The notes below the pieces were generated by a model that saw only the letters and a list, made by a program, of their open reading frames with translations, did no database searches and was not told the origin of the DNA. The translations under genes were made by a program, and so were the position numbers. Below are positions 41,686 through 56,991 of a stretch of 64,000 nucleotides of DNA, in pieces (the first letter of the stretch is position 1; each line of letters starts with the position of its first letter). The DNA comes from Eledone cirrhosa (lineage: Eukaryota), in assembly GCA_964016885.1 (NCBI GenBank), contig OZ024749.1, positions 33,728,001 to 33,792,000 of the forward strand, given 5' to 3'.

Positions 41686-41731
41686 TAAAATAACAGGAGG
41701 CTGTACTGGTGTAATTCCTTAAAGGTTTATT

Positions 41732-41774
41732 ATACTATGAACATTTCAATGAATCTGGTGACATCATCAGGTAT
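41732..41774 (-). ncRNA. Minimal hammerhead-like motif in a (TA)n island (41683-41875)
   Basis: atac-CTGATGA-tgtcaccagattcatt-GAAA-tgttca-TA-gtat. Stem II is weak. Confidence 0.6.
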
Positions 41775-41871
41775 TCGAAATCTAACAAAGGAATATAATC
41801 CATGGGGCTGAAAAGGCAGAGAGACAAGAAGGCGGCCACACATTTAGCAGTTTCTAGTTCGGTCGGCCGCC

Positions 41872-41947
<76 letters not shown>

Positions 41948-41948
<1 letters not shown>

Positions 41949-42755
41949 GAAAGACGTAAAATAAGAAAATTTTAAAAATTAAAAATTAACTTACTTACTA
42001 AAATTTTCACTCCAACTAATTTGTTTCTGTAATGGGATAAAGATAGTTACGCAATGTAACCATCGAGAATTCGTTACGTCATCAGGTAGTCTATTCTCAG
42101 CTAAGTCTCCAGGCAATGCGCGGACACTAGGGACTCATAAAAAAATAATTCGGTGGATGGAACAGCTAGCGGGGACTGAATTCCATAGCACTGAAAACGT
42201 TCACTGCCTCTGGTCAAGTGGCAGATTCTAAAGAATCAATCACGTGACACTGAGGCTAGTCAGTAGGCGTGGGATGGTATTACTACAATGAGTTAGCAGT
42301 GGATTTGGCAAGTTTGCTCAACAAATAAATAATTTGGAGATAAATATAGAGAATTAGTATATTTACCAACATATGCGTACAGATGTACACTAATGCTAGC
42401 AAATACATAAGTTATGTCATAGTACCTAGGTGGTTCAATGCAGGGGGTGCAGAACAATTATATGAAAGACGTAAAATAAGAAAATTTTAAAAATTAAAGA
42501 TTAACTTACTTACTAACATTTTCACTCCAACTAATTAGTTTCTGTAATGGGATAAAGATAGTTACGCAATGTAACCATCGAGAATTTTAGTAAGTAAGTT
42601 AATTTTTAATTTTTAAAATTTTCTTATTTTACGTCTTTCATATGTTCTGCATCCCCCTGCATTGAACCACCTAGGTACTATGACATAACTTATGTATTTG
42701 CTAGCATTAGTGTACATCTGTACGCATATGTTGGTAAATATACTAATTCTCTCTC
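41948..42755 (-). mobile_element. Non-coding 515-bp monomer in partial tandem plus inverted arm, with hammerhead-like motif
   Basis: 41949-42071 is repeated at 42464-42586. 42583-42750 is inverted relative to about 42346-42520. CTGATGA...GAAA lies at 42012-42090 (-). Confidence 0.7.
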
Positions 42756-43013
42756 TCTATATATATATATATATATTTATATATATAGTAATAATAATAA
42801 ATTTGAAGACCAAAATCCAAAGAGGGCTCGATAAGGATAAATATATATCAAATATATAAGAACCGTAGAGCAACGTTTTTTGAAATATTTACTTCTGCGT
42901 TCACAGATTGATTTTTTTTAGTTTCAGAAGATCCCGTTAAGGGTGAAAGCAGCGATTCTTTGCTTGAACTTTAATCTGTTATTTTAATAAATATATATAT
43001 ATATATATATATA

Positions 43014-43470
43014 AGACATGAGAAGAATGAATACTGCGTGGTTGCACATGGGTTACATATGATAAAAATAGTCCTTCATCAGTGATTTTCCAACCTTCAT
43101 TGGTATTTCATCGCTTTAAAAATCATATACCTCCAGTTGGTGCGAGCAATAGCTAAATAAAGCTATTGGGACAAATAAATCGCGTAAAGCGAGCGAGACA
43201 AGTAAACAAACATAGAAGGATAGCAACGCAAGGATAGGAAAAAAACAAGCACATGGGAGTCCGATCAGCTTAAGCTGTGTGGATTTCATGAGCGAGAGAC
43301 AACAGACCGTCCGACGCGAGTGAGGTGTGAGCAGGAAAGGACCCCACTACAGGCCAAACGGGAGGAAGTGAGAAGGGGAGATGCAGAGAGTGAGTGAGTG
43401 GAAGTGCGAGGAAGAGGCCAGTCGAGAGAAAGTGTAACTGACAGAGGGGGCGAAAGAAGGTGAGTGAAAC

Positions 43471-43550
<80 letters not shown>

Positions 43551-43770
43551 TCATCACTTTCTGTTGCTTAAACCATTTTGTTTGTTTACCCTAGCGTCCC
43601 CTTTATTTACGTGTCCCAACGACTTTTTTTAGCCGTTGCTCGCACCAACCTGAGGTATATGGTCTTTAAAGCGATGAAATGCCTATGACGGTTGGAAGAC
43701 CGCTGATGAAGGACAAACTTTTTCATATGTAACCCATTTGCAACGCCGCAGCTCCATTATTATCATATAA
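43014..43770. mobile_element. Two diverged members of one (TA)n-embedded family in opposite orientation
   Basis: 43014-43230 (-) is homologous to 43560-43770 (+). Fragments are also at 46356-46380 and 49961-50032. Confidence 0.7.
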
Positions 43771-43772
43771 TA

Positions 43773-43984
43773 ATGTGAGAAAAACCACAGACCCTCCATC
43801 TCAACTCACCTTTTGAAAAGCAGAAGAACTGCGAAACCGGTAAAGGAACCAAATAAAAATATATATATTTTTAAAAAAAATAAGACTTCAGTTGCATTTT
43901 CGATTTCATCCCTTTTTCTTTATACTTCCACTCGTGTAGGACACCTCGGTTATTTTTCATTTTTTAAAAAAACCTCACTTTCTA

Positions 43985-43985
<1 letters not shown>
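43773..43985 (+). mobile_element. ~210-bp (TA)n-embedded element with hammerhead at 43809-43846
   Basis: cctt-TTGAAAA-gcag-aagaa-ctgc-GAAA-ccgg-TA-aagg. Second copy at 59511-59722 (-). Confidence 0.8.
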
Positions 43986-44025
<40 letters not shown>

Positions 44026-44398
44026 CTGTTTCAATGTGAGTGTCAGTAAATGTCAATGTATGTCGTGAGTTGTACCTAATAAATGGCTTTTCTGTTCAGT
44101 TGTCGTCTCACACAAGGAATATCATTATATTCCTTCAGACAATATACAGAACAGCTGTTGGTAGAGACTACCAGCCCAGTAACTAACCCACGAACTAACA
44201 AAATAACTAATTACAATTTAAATCAAAACAGACGAGATAAGAACAAAGGAATACACACACACAAACACACATACACATGCACACATACAGATATTATATA
44301 TATAGATACTAACCATATACTTATATAAATAGACACACACATAAAACACACACACATATATATATATATGTGTGTGTATGTATATATAAATATATATG

Positions 44399-44485
<87 letters not shown>

Positions 44486-44529
44486 ATATATGTTAATATG
44501 TGTATATATATATTAATATATATATATAT

Positions 44530-44573
<44 letters not shown>

Positions 44574-44606
44574 ATATATGTTAGTATGTATATATATATA
44601 TATATT

Positions 44607-44676
<70 letters not shown>

Positions 44677-44691
44677 CATATATATATATAT

Positions 44692-44754
<63 letters not shown>

Positions 44755-45314
44755 TGTGTGTGCGTGAGAGTGTGTAGGTGAGTGTGTGTGTGTGTGAATG
44801 TGTATGTGGGTGAGTGTGTGTGTGTGAGGGAGAGAGAGAGGGTGTGTATGAGTGCGTGTGAGTGTGTATGTGAGTGAGCATATACGGTTTATTGCCAGGA
44901 ATGTACGACCGACCACAAATAATCCAGAACGTAGTATTCGGTTGTAGTTCGGTAGAGCTGGTAACAGAAAGTACCGAAAAAGTACAAAAACAAAAACGCG
45001 AAAAAAACAAAAAAAAACAAAGAAAAAAACAAACAAAAATAGTAAATAACAACAACAACCCTACCATACATCAAAATTTGGTGAGTAATTTATTAGAGTT
45101 GTGACATAAACGACAGAAATGGCAATTCTAATTAATTACTGTGTCGCGATAATAGAACAGAGCCCTGTTTTGTCTTGGCTTTTTTTAATCTTTTGTTTTT
45201 TTCCGCCATCTTACTTAGATGACCTGACCTGAAGAAAGACATCTTTAATACCGCATCTCTCACTTCCCCCTCTTCTCCTACAACTGATTCTTATTTTTTT
45301 TCTTCTTTTAAATG

Positions 45315-45658
45315 ATTCTTCTTCTTCTTCTTCTTCTTCTTCCATCTTTCTTCTTCTTCTTCTTCTTCTTCTTCTTCTTCTTCTTCTTCTTCTTCTTCTT
45401 CTTCTTCTTCTTCTTCTTCTTCTTCTTCTTCTTCCATCTTCATTTTTCCTCTTATTATTATTATTATTATTATTCTTGCTCTTCTTCTTCTTCTTCTTCT
45501 CCTCCTTCTTCTCCTCATTCTTCTTCTTCTTCTTCTTCTTCCTCCTCTTCTTCTCCTCCTTCTTCTCCTCATTCTTCTTCTTCTTCTTCTTCTTCTTCTT
45601 CTTCTTCTTCTTCTTCTTCTTCTTCTTCTTCTTCTTCTCATCCACTCTTCCATCTTCC

Positions 45659-45721
<63 letters not shown>

Positions 45722-45732
45722 CATCTTCCTTC

Positions 45733-45764
<32 letters not shown>

Positions 45765-45900
45765 CTTCTTCTTCTTCCATCTTCCTTCTACTTCTTCTTC
45801 TTCTTCTTCTTCTTCTTCCATCTTCTTCTCCTTCTTCTCCTTCTTCTTCTTGCTCTTCTTCTGCTTCTTCTCCTCCTCCTTCTTCTTCTACTTCTTATTC
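45315..45900. repeat. (CTT)n compound microsatellite
   Basis: Directly visible. Confidence 0.95.
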
Positions 45901-46082
45901 TTCTCCTCCCCCTTCTCCTCATTACCCCCTCCCCCTCCTCCCCCTTCCTTCACTGCTATATGCTCCAATGATGTACTAAACATGTCGTTTCGTATTCCCC
46001 TAATTACCTTTGGCTCGTTCTCATCACCAGATGACATTTGCCAAGTAATCCATACACACTTTGTTTTTGTAACAGCAACAGC

Positions 46083-46131
<49 letters not shown>

Positions 46132-46218
46132 TGAAAGCAATATCAACAACAATATCAACAATAACAAGATAATACAGCACAGCAACAGGAACAGCAGCAA
46201 TGACAAGCTCTGTGTGTG

Positions 46219-46291
<73 letters not shown>

Positions 46292-46612
46292 CATGTATGT
46301 ACATATATATATATGTATATATATATATGTGTATATATATATATAGATATATGAATAAAGTTAGTCCTTCATCAGTGATGTTATATATATTCACATATAT
46401 ATACATACACATATATATACATAAATACATGGCTATATTCATACATACATACATACATACATATATACATACACACACACACACACATATATATATATGT
46501 ATATATATATATGTGTGTGTGTATATATATTTATTAATACCGTATATATATACATATGTATGTATATATATATATATGTATGTATCTATATATACACACA
46601 CGCACACACACG

Positions 46613-46688
<76 letters not shown>

Positions 46689-47719
46689 CATAGTAAATAA
46701 GAGTTAAACAAACAAAAGTCTAAATAGAAAAAAACACTAATCATTTATTTTATTTCAGGAGTTGGTAATTGTTTGTGAAGAGAGAAGTTAATGAATAAAC
46801 GACAAGGAATACTAGCAATATAATATGTATGTTGTGTGGTGTGTTGTGTGTGGTGTGGTGTGTTGTGGTGTGTTGTGTGTGGTGTGTGTGGTGTGTGTGG
46901 TGTGTTGTGTGTGGTGTGGTGTGGTGTAGTGTGTGTGGTGTGTGTGTTGTCTGTGGTGTGTTGTGTGTGGTGTGTGTGTTGTCTGTGGTGTGTTGTGTGT
47001 GGTGTGTGTGGTGTGTTGTGTGTGGTGTGTGTGTTGTGTGTGGTGTGGTTTGCGTGGTGTGTTGTGTGTGGTGTGTTGTGGTGTGGTTTGCGTGGTGTGT
47101 TGTCTGTGGTGTGGTGTGGTTTGCGTGGTGTGTTGTGTGTGGTGTGTGCGTTGTGTGTGGTGTGTTCTGAGTGGTGTGTGGTGTGTGTTGTGTGTGTGGT
47201 GTGCATGTTGTGTGTGGTGTGTGGTGTGTGGTGTGTGGTGTGTTGTGTGGTGTGGTGTGTTGTGTGTGGTGTGTGTGGTGTGTGGTCTGTTGTGTGTGGT
47301 GTGTGTTGTGTGTAAGTTTGTGTTGTGTGTGGTGTATGTGTTGTGTGTTTGTGTGTGTTGTGTGTGTGTTGTGTGTGTATGTGTTTGTGTGTGTTGTGTG
47401 TGTGTTTGTGTGTGTTGTGTGTGTGTGTTGAGTGTGTTGTGTGTGTGTGTGCTATGTGCTTGTGAGTCGTGTGCGTGTTGTATGTGTGTTGTGTGTGTTG
47501 TGTGTGTCTGTGTTGTGCGTGTGTTGTGTGTTGCGTGTGTGTTGTGTTCTGTGTGTGTGTTTGTGTTTGTGTATGCGTGTTTGTGTATGTATGTGAATTT
47601 GCATGTGTTTATATATGCGTGTTTGTGTATGTGTGTGTTTGTATATACATGTATGTGTTTGTATAAACATGTATGTATATGTATGTATCTGTTTGTATAA
47701 GCATATATGTATTTATATA

Positions 47720-48340
47720 TTTATGTATTTGTATATGTATGTGTTTATATAAGCATGTGTGTATATAATCATGTATGTTTTTGTATATGTATGTGTTTAT
47801 ATAAGCATGTATGTGTATATAAGCATGTATGTATTTGTATATGTATGTGTTTATATAAGCATGTATGTGTATATAAGCATGTATGTATTTGTATATGTAT
47901 GTGTTTATATAAGCATGTTTGTGTATATAAGCATGTATCTATTTGTATATGTATGTGTTTATATAAGCATGTATGTGTATATAAGCATGTATGTGCATAT
48001 AAGCATGTACGTACTTGTATATGTATGTGTTTATATAATCATGTATGTGTATATAAGCATGTATGTATTTGTATATGTATGTGTTTATATAAGCATGTAT
48101 GTGTATATAAGCATGTATGTATTTGTATATTTATGTGTTTGTATAAGCATGTATGTGTATATAAGCATGTATGTTTTTGTATATTTATGTGTTTGTATAA
48201 GCATGTATGTGTATATAAGCATGTATGTATTTGTATATTTATGTGTTTGTATAAGCATGTATGTGTATATAAGCATGTATGTATTTGTATATTTATGTGT
48301 TTGTATAAGCATGTATGTGTATATAAGCATGTATGTGTTT
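47720..48340. repeat. 54-bp minisatellite, about 11 units
   Basis: Unit tttgtatatgtatgtgtttatataagcatgtatgtgtatataagcatgtatgta. Confidence 0.9.
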
Positions 48341-48827
48341 GTATATATGTGTTTGAGTGTGTTTTGTAAGTGTATGGAACAAAAAAACAAAAAAAAATCA
48401 ATCAATATAATAATAATTTCTTTTTATTGATCTCTTTCTATTTCCAAGTACATCGCATCCTTTAGATGTGTATCAATACATCATTTTGCCTTGTCAGCTG
48501 AGTTTTTATTTAAGCTTGTTGACCAAACTATGCCAGCGTTGCTACTTATATATCATAGTGTCATTGTGTATATATAGAAGAGCTTACAGTCGCTCTTATC
48601 AATTTTTCATGAGTAAAATATAGAATCAGCAAAAGCAGGCTTAACAAAACCTACTAAGGACCAAAGAATTGGGTCTCTTTCATTCTGCTGCCCGTTTCTG
48701 TCCTTATCTTTATACTTCTTCATTGGATGGCCTTTTTTTTTTTTTTTTTTTACTCACTAAATTTCTCACGAATACACATGCATACATATATATTGCCATA
48801 TATATAAACATGTATGTACGTGTGCTC

Positions 48828-49243
<416 letters not shown>

Positions 49244-49560
49244 ATATATATATATATATAAATATAATTCAGCGAGAATCACATTTCGGCTGGTAGAAAA
49301 AGCGAAACGAAACGCAAAATCGTAGAAACGCTGGCAAGCGCTCAATAGTTAAAAGAACCCAGAGCTAAACAATGTTAAAACGCCATACAAACTGAAAAAG
49401 TGGTTAAGAAGGTATTAACCACCTAAGCCAAAAAACAAATCAAGCTAAACAGGTCAAACAAAATAAATGAATGATAAAAACCAAATGGAACTGGTGGTAA
49501 AATCCAAATGCAGGGTTTCTATGACACCTAAATCAATATGTATATATAGATATATATTAT

Positions 49561-49689
<129 letters not shown>

Positions 49690-49838
49690 AAATAGGTAAA
49701 GATTTTTTTCTTATCTTGTTTACTTTTCACAAATATATTGATTGTTACTATGCTCTGATAATTTGATTTTTTTAAATTCCTTCGTTGAGCAAAACAGGTA
49801 TCGGTTGGACTTCTTCATAAGTATGTTTATACTTGTAC

Positions 49839-49957
<119 letters not shown>

Positions 49958-50027
49958 CATATGACGAAGGTCTATTTTTATCATATGTAACCCATGTGCA
50001 ACCACGCAGTATTCTTCTTTCTTCTCG

Positions 50028-50167
<140 letters not shown>

Positions 50168-50289
50168 AAAGTCTGTGGTGCCGTGACCGGAGAAATACAA
50201 ATCAGGGTAGTACTCTATGCGTGGAAAGTACCAAAGTGACTAAAAATAAGGTACAAACCCGACCCCGCCGCGTAACGATTTCGGCTTTT

Positions 50290-50399
<110 letters not shown>

Positions 50400-50599
50400 A
50401 AGAGAAATAACCACAGATATATACATATATGTGTTCAAATCATAAGGGACCTAAACCGCTCGGGTGAATAAGATACTAACTATGAACAAACGGTTTGCCT
50501 TTATTATATTAAATTATATTATAAGGCTCGGAAAATGTTTTCCTTGAGCTATTTTAATTGTAAAGAACTATTCTGAGTTTCTAACTGAGTATAAACTTT

Positions 50600-50665
<66 letters not shown>

Positions 50666-50754
50666 CGTCCGAAACGTTAAAACTCTTTTCCTACTATATC
50701 AAGCGTAAAGCAAATATATTGTTTGCCTAATTATTTTTGTTTGCTTTTTGCATA

Positions 50755-50791
<37 letters not shown>

Positions 50792-51179
50792 GAGTGGATG
50801 TGTGCGCGCGTGTTACCTATTGTACGAAAAATAAAAAGGAAGTCAATCAATATAATAATAATTCTTTTGTATTGATCTCTTTATATTTCCAAGTACAACA
50901 ATCCTTTAGATGTGTATCAATACATCATTTTGCCTTGTCAGCCGAATTTTTATTTAAGCTTGTTGGCAAAACTTCGCCAGGGTTATTATTTCATGTCTCA
51001 ATGTCACTGTATATATGCAAGAAGAGCTTACAGTCGTCCTTGTGAAATTTTCTATGAACAAAAACCAAAGATTGAATTTGGAAATCCCTACAGAGACAGC
51101 AGGCTTAGCAAAATGAACTGTGATCAAAAGAATCAGGAACCTGTGTTTTCTCTGTTACTTTCTCCCAGTATTACTCAGA

Positions 51180-51345
51180 AGGTCGGACGCCATGCTTTGC
51201 AGCATAGAGTTACGGCGCTTTATGATCTGAGTTCAAATCGCGCCTAGATTAACTTTGCCTTTCATCCTAACGGGTTCCATAAAATAAAGTACCAGTTATG
51301 CACGGAGGGTAATTGTTGGCCTTGTGCCAAAAGTAGAAACATTTA
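51180..51345 (+). mobile_element. Family 1 SINE, 5'-truncated
   Basis: Sequence match to the other copies. Confidence 0.8.
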
Positions 51346-51844
51346 TGACTGTCTTTTTTTTTATTCGCCGTATCACGCATACATATCAAAATATTTCTTA
51401 ATACCGTACATACATTCACAGACTCATAACTTTCTCCCACTCTGTCTCTTTCTCAATATACTTATATGTATATATACAAGAAGGTTCAGCAAAATGTACA
51501 GCAAAATCGAAGCTCTGGTTGCGGGCAAGCTAACGAATACTGTCGGGAAGTGCAGCCAAAAGCACTCAATAAGGAATGTTGCCTTAGAGTTATAACATTA
51601 CGTTTAGACAGCTATGCAAATTGAAGCCAGCGACCGAAAAGCGAGCCGCTAGGACCAGAACAACGAAAAAACCGACTCAGGGAAAAGTTTGACTGTTACC
51701 TGGACCATCGTGGACATATTACATAGTATTATATAACAACTCCACTAGGTTTCTGTAAATCCGAAATCAACAAATCCATTTGCAGGGGCCTGCAAGTTGA
51801 TTGGGCTGTGGAAGATAGAACAGTGGAATTTACTTCGTCAACAA

Positions 51845-51901
<57 letters not shown>

Positions 51902-51969
51902 GGTTTCTACAGGACTAGAACTGTTTCATCCGGGAAGCTGTGGTTCCCCCCTATTGAACCCGGGATAAA

Positions 51970-52028
<59 letters not shown>

Positions 52029-52101
52029 GTGTGTGTGTAGAAGGGACATCCAATTGATTATATATAAATGTTTGTATTGCATGCTTGTACACACATATAT
52101 A

Positions 52102-52201
52102 CAAGGTGTCACCGAAAAATGTATATACGCTTCAACAGCATTCTAAAAATATTGCCTGTACAGGTAATCAAAGTGTGTACACATTTTGGGGGGACACCCT
52201 G
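52102..52201. mobile_element. 100-bp Tc1/mariner-type MITE
   Basis: Imperfect TIR caaggtgtcaccgaaaaatgtatatac / gtgtacacattttggggggacaccctg with TA flanks. A partial relative is at 54171-54244. Confidence 0.7.
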
Positions 52202-52208
52202 TATATAT

Positions 52209-52240
<32 letters not shown>

Positions 52241-52324
52241 CAGAGAGATGAAAGAGAAGGAGAAAGAAATTGGTGTAAAACGTGTATGTATTTAGCAATA
52301 TGTAGCAATATGTAGCCAATATGC

Positions 52325-52483
52325 AGATTTCTGTTTACCAGTCTACTAAATTATATTTACAAATCATTGGTCAACCTAAGGATATAGTTTTAAATATTTT
52401 CCCAAGGCTCGATGCAGTGGCACTGAAACAAAAAGCACGAGGTTGCGGACCAAACTCGTTTACCACACAGCCATGCCTGCGCC
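52325..52483 (-). mobile_element. Old tRNA-derived SINE family 3 (Octopus-like head ggcgcaggcatggctgtgtggtaa)
   Basis: Recognisable head and CORE-like ccttgggaaa. Diverged relatives at about 53385-53830. Confidence 0.6.
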
Positions 52484-52874
52484 AATGCTAGTGTAACATT
52501 TATATAATATTCACAATTTCAATTTTATCCAGCTCAGTTCAACAATGGCATGTTCATAATGATTCTTATTAAATTCAATAAAATACTCTATTAAAAAAAG
52601 TTTCTAAGTCTTATAATAGATGTCACATTTGATGGCTTTTTTAAAAATGAAAATTTCAATTTTGAAGAATGGAGAATGCCTCAGTTTTAATCAATTATTT
52701 GCATGTGTGATTGCATGTAACCGCGAATATATACATATATTTGTTATATATATGTATGTAAATGTAAGTATATATATATATATATGTAAATGTATGTATA
52801 TATATATATATATATACATATATACATACATATATATATATATATGTGTGTGTATATGTATATGTATATATACA

Positions 52875-52957
<83 letters not shown>

Positions 52958-52963
52958 ATTTAC

Positions 52964-52996
<33 letters not shown>

Positions 52997-54070
52997 CATG
53001 TGTGTGTGTGTGTATATTCATATATTTGTATATATACACACGCATATATTTGTGTATGGGTAGTTGATACATTTGTGGATGATTTATTATATTAAGTGAA
53101 ATATATCAACAAAATGAAAGAATGCAAACATGAAATGTAGAATATTTAGTTATTCATATCATGTAGACGGTGGACGGACGTATGTGGTTATGTATAAAAG
53201 GGGGAAATATAGCAAAGGTGAAATATGAAGGAAGCCTGTCACATCCATTGCTGCTTCCATTATTCATATCCATACACATCTGAAGTATGTGAAGCGGTAT
53301 AACGTCAGACATCTTGTTTTTGTTTCTGATTTTTTTTCCTCTCCAAAACTTTATTTATTTATGTTATAAATTCCAAATAACGTTGGCATGCCAGTGAAGT
53401 TAAAGTTGTTGGCGTCAAAATCACGGGGTATCGGGTTTAGTCTTAGTTCACAGTACTTTGGTCAAGTGTCTTCTAGTCGAGCCTCGGGATGACTAATATC
53501 TTTTGTGTGAAATTTGGTGGAATGAAATTGTATGTGTACAAAACCATATGGTTTCGAGATTGAACACTTATTTGGTCAAGCGTCTTCTAGACTAACCTAA
53601 GGATGTGAAATTAAAGTGAAATTTGTGTGTGAAATTAGGTGAACGGAAATTGCATGTAAGCTTTTCCTATACATATATATTTATATGTGAGGTTCTGTGC
53701 ACAAATTAACGGTTCGTCAAAAGAGATAGATGGAAAGTAAGTATTAGACTTAAAAACATAAAAACTAAGAGCGATGTGATCGATTATTCCCCTTTAGTGC
53801 GGTACCCCAGCATGGCCGCAGTACTAAAGAGTTTGAAATTAACAATAGTATTCCAATAGTAGTAAATATCTAAAGAGTTATATATATATTTAACAAGTAA
53901 CTTGAGAGTGAAACACTATATGGTGTATGTAATACAATTACATTATTGAAGAATCAGTTTCTCCATTTAGGAATTATTTAAAAACACTTTTATAACAGTG
54001 TTTTATACCACTTATATTAAAGTATTATAACACTGTTATAATATGAAAGTGCTATAACCTGTGATTGCAT

Positions 54071-54177
<107 letters not shown>

Positions 54178-54251
54178 GTATGTTCGTACAAACTTTGATT
54201 AAAATGCTGTTGAAGTGTGTATACATTCTGGGGTGGACACCCTGTATATAT

Positions 54252-54320
<69 letters not shown>

Positions 54321-54323
<3 letters not shown>

Positions 54324-54465
54324 AACGAGTAGGACCCCGACGGCTGAGCTGAAGCCGCTTCGACGGCTAATTCTGGACCTCGTTCCTATTACCCACTCTA
54401 CTACCCTAAGTATTGAGTACTTTGGTGCGTTATGGTCCACCTGGTTCCTTACCACATTTCCTTCG

Positions 54466-54467
<2 letters not shown>
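54321..54467 (+). mobile_element. Family F copy with part of one arm deleted
   Basis: The inverted arm is joined directly to ctcgttcctattaccc. Confidence 0.88.
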
Positions 54468-54509
<42 letters not shown>

Positions 54510-54989
54510 GTGTGTGTGGGGGGGAGGGGGTCTGTCTTGGTGTCTGTGTGCCTGTGTATGTATATATCTGTCTGCAACACTTTAAATTCTATACACAACA
54601 AAATACACAATGCATTTCCTATCTTAGTCATATCGCAACATCAAGAAATTCGATTACGATTAACAAGGTCCTGGGTTCTAAGCCAACATTTCTCCATACA
54701 AACCGTTATATCTCCAAAGTTATACATTTAATTCTGTATGACATTTGTAAATCTATGCTGAATATTTATGTAATTATATCCTAGTAATATATCATTAAAA
54801 TAACATTCTAATCTTTAATCACTTCGACGTATCTGTAATCAACAGAATATATATGTGTTCTCTTATGCTAACGATTTATTTACCAATAGGCAAATTTTCC
54901 AGTTTGTATCAGTGTTCATATATCCAGTAATACTGGACACCAAAAACCTCAATACTTTCAACGCTATTCCCGATATTATTGGTAAACAG

Positions 54990-55178
54990 GGCGATGGATT
55001 GGCAGTATCGGTGGAGGGTCGGACGCCATGCTTTCCAGTATAGTTACGTCCCTTTACGATCTGAGTTCAAATCCTGCCGAGGTTGACTTTGCCTTTCATC
55101 CTTACGGGGTCGATAAAATAAAGTACCAGTAATACACTGGGTAATTGCTGGCCTTGTGCCTAAAGTAGAAACAATTAT
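54990..55178 (+). mobile_element. Full-length family 1 SINE with TSD
   Basis: attattggtaaacagggc is duplicated on both sides. Confidence 0.92.
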
Positions 55179-55699
55179 TGGTAAACAGGGCTACTAATAC
55201 ATAGAGAACTGTAATGAATTTGTATTAAAACGTATTCATGTTCTACTACCATGGAACAAAAGGAGTTAACAATCTCATTTTTTGGTATTGCTTTATGTAA
55301 ACTGAGGAAAAGGATACACAAAATCAGAGTCGAATTATAGTTTAAAATAAAAGATTGGGTGATATTTTCAACAAGTGTATTGTGGCTGTGGCTCTGTAGT
55401 TCTACTGGGAATTGGAGAATGTTAACACACACACACAACCACACATCCACACACATCCACACACACAGACGTATATATATATATATATATATATAATTTA
55501 AAATTTACATGGTCATCATTAGATTGCACATGTTTTACGTCTCTAAGCAATTTATATGAAAATACTAGAATTTTAAATAAATAAATCCTGGAAGAAAATG
55601 TTGTTTTAAATGGTTTAAACTGTAATACAATATCCACAAGTTGTGACTGTACGATGAATATAATTGGTACGGCCTCGTCTCCACGGGATACGTTTAAAT

Positions 55700-55935
55700 T
55701 TTTATAAAGACTTTATACTTAAGCTTATATGATTAATAATGTCACGTCTCCACCACATTTTTATTATAAAGACATTATACTCAAGGTTATATGAGAAATA
55801 ATGTCACGTCTCCACCACAAATTTTTATAAAGACATCATACTCAAGGTTATATGAGAAATAATGTCACGTCTCCACCACAAATCTTTATAAAGACTTTAT
55901 ATTCAAGGTTATGTAATCAATAATGTCACGTCTCA
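55700..55935. repeat. ~61-bp tandem repeat, about 4 units
   Basis: gtcacgtctc at 55741, 55803, 55864 and 55925. Confidence 0.9.
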
Positions 55936-56906
55936 ATTATGTTAATTTCCTTCATTCCTCTACCGATTATTTCAGTCATTAAACTTGAGTCGAGGAAGTT
56001 GAGCTAAGGCCTGTTTTCTTTTCTTTTCTTTTTCTTTTTTTTTAAGCCTGGTACTTATTTTATTGATCTCTTTTTGTCGAAGCGACAGGGTTAAGAAATA
56101 TAAACACAAAGGCAGACATGTACGTAAACACATACACAGATATGCACACACTCTAACACGCACTCACACTCTCACATACACACACACACATGTGTGTGTG
56201 TATATATATATGTATATATATACATACATACATAGAGAATACTTATTCACATTTATACATAATCATAAACACATGTATGAGTGGTGTCCATCTTCAACTG
56301 GTTGTTGCACGATGAATGAATTGAACAAATAATCAATTGATATATATAGAGAGAGAATAAGAAAATGCGAAGTAGTTTCAGGTGTTAAAGTCACTTATTG
56401 ACAAGGCTGTGATATATATTTCAATATATATAAATTGATGTTGGATGCTTAAAGCGTCCGTATGCGGTAAGCTGTTTGAGCACTCCATGCCCTCATAGAG
56501 CAGAGTATGATATCACAGTAAAAAGAGAATCAGTGTTGCGACGAAAGGAATTTATTGATCATATTACAATTGTTTCTCGGGCGACAAGCTCGAAGCACGA
56601 TCGATATGGTGATCAAACCTGACTCTGAAATCTCACGGGCCTCGGATACGTCTCGATTCTACGAAACAGAGTGACCGTGCTGATCAGAGCAAACAGCACG
56701 GACACTCTATCTCAAAATTATTTTTGAAAAGCATATAGAAATGCGCAACCAGTAAAAACTTAAAAACTTAAAACCACAACTGAATCACTAATACAATCAC
56801 TAATACTCTTTTATTCCTAATTAAACCATTTTTCAACTGTGAACAATTTGTCAGCATTTTCTATTCCGTTTACCAATATATAATAACTTGTGTGTTACAC
56901 CTCTAT

Positions 56907-56991
<85 letters not shown>

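Noticed and set aside
43640-43720. Hammerhead at cgCTGATGAaggac
   Set aside because: No stem II partner with GAAA downstream, and no UH before the upstream hairpin in either copy.
43014-43770. Single DNA transposon with long TIRs
   Set aside because: The arms are too diverged and stand-alone one-ended copies exist (49961-50032), so two separate insertions are more likely.
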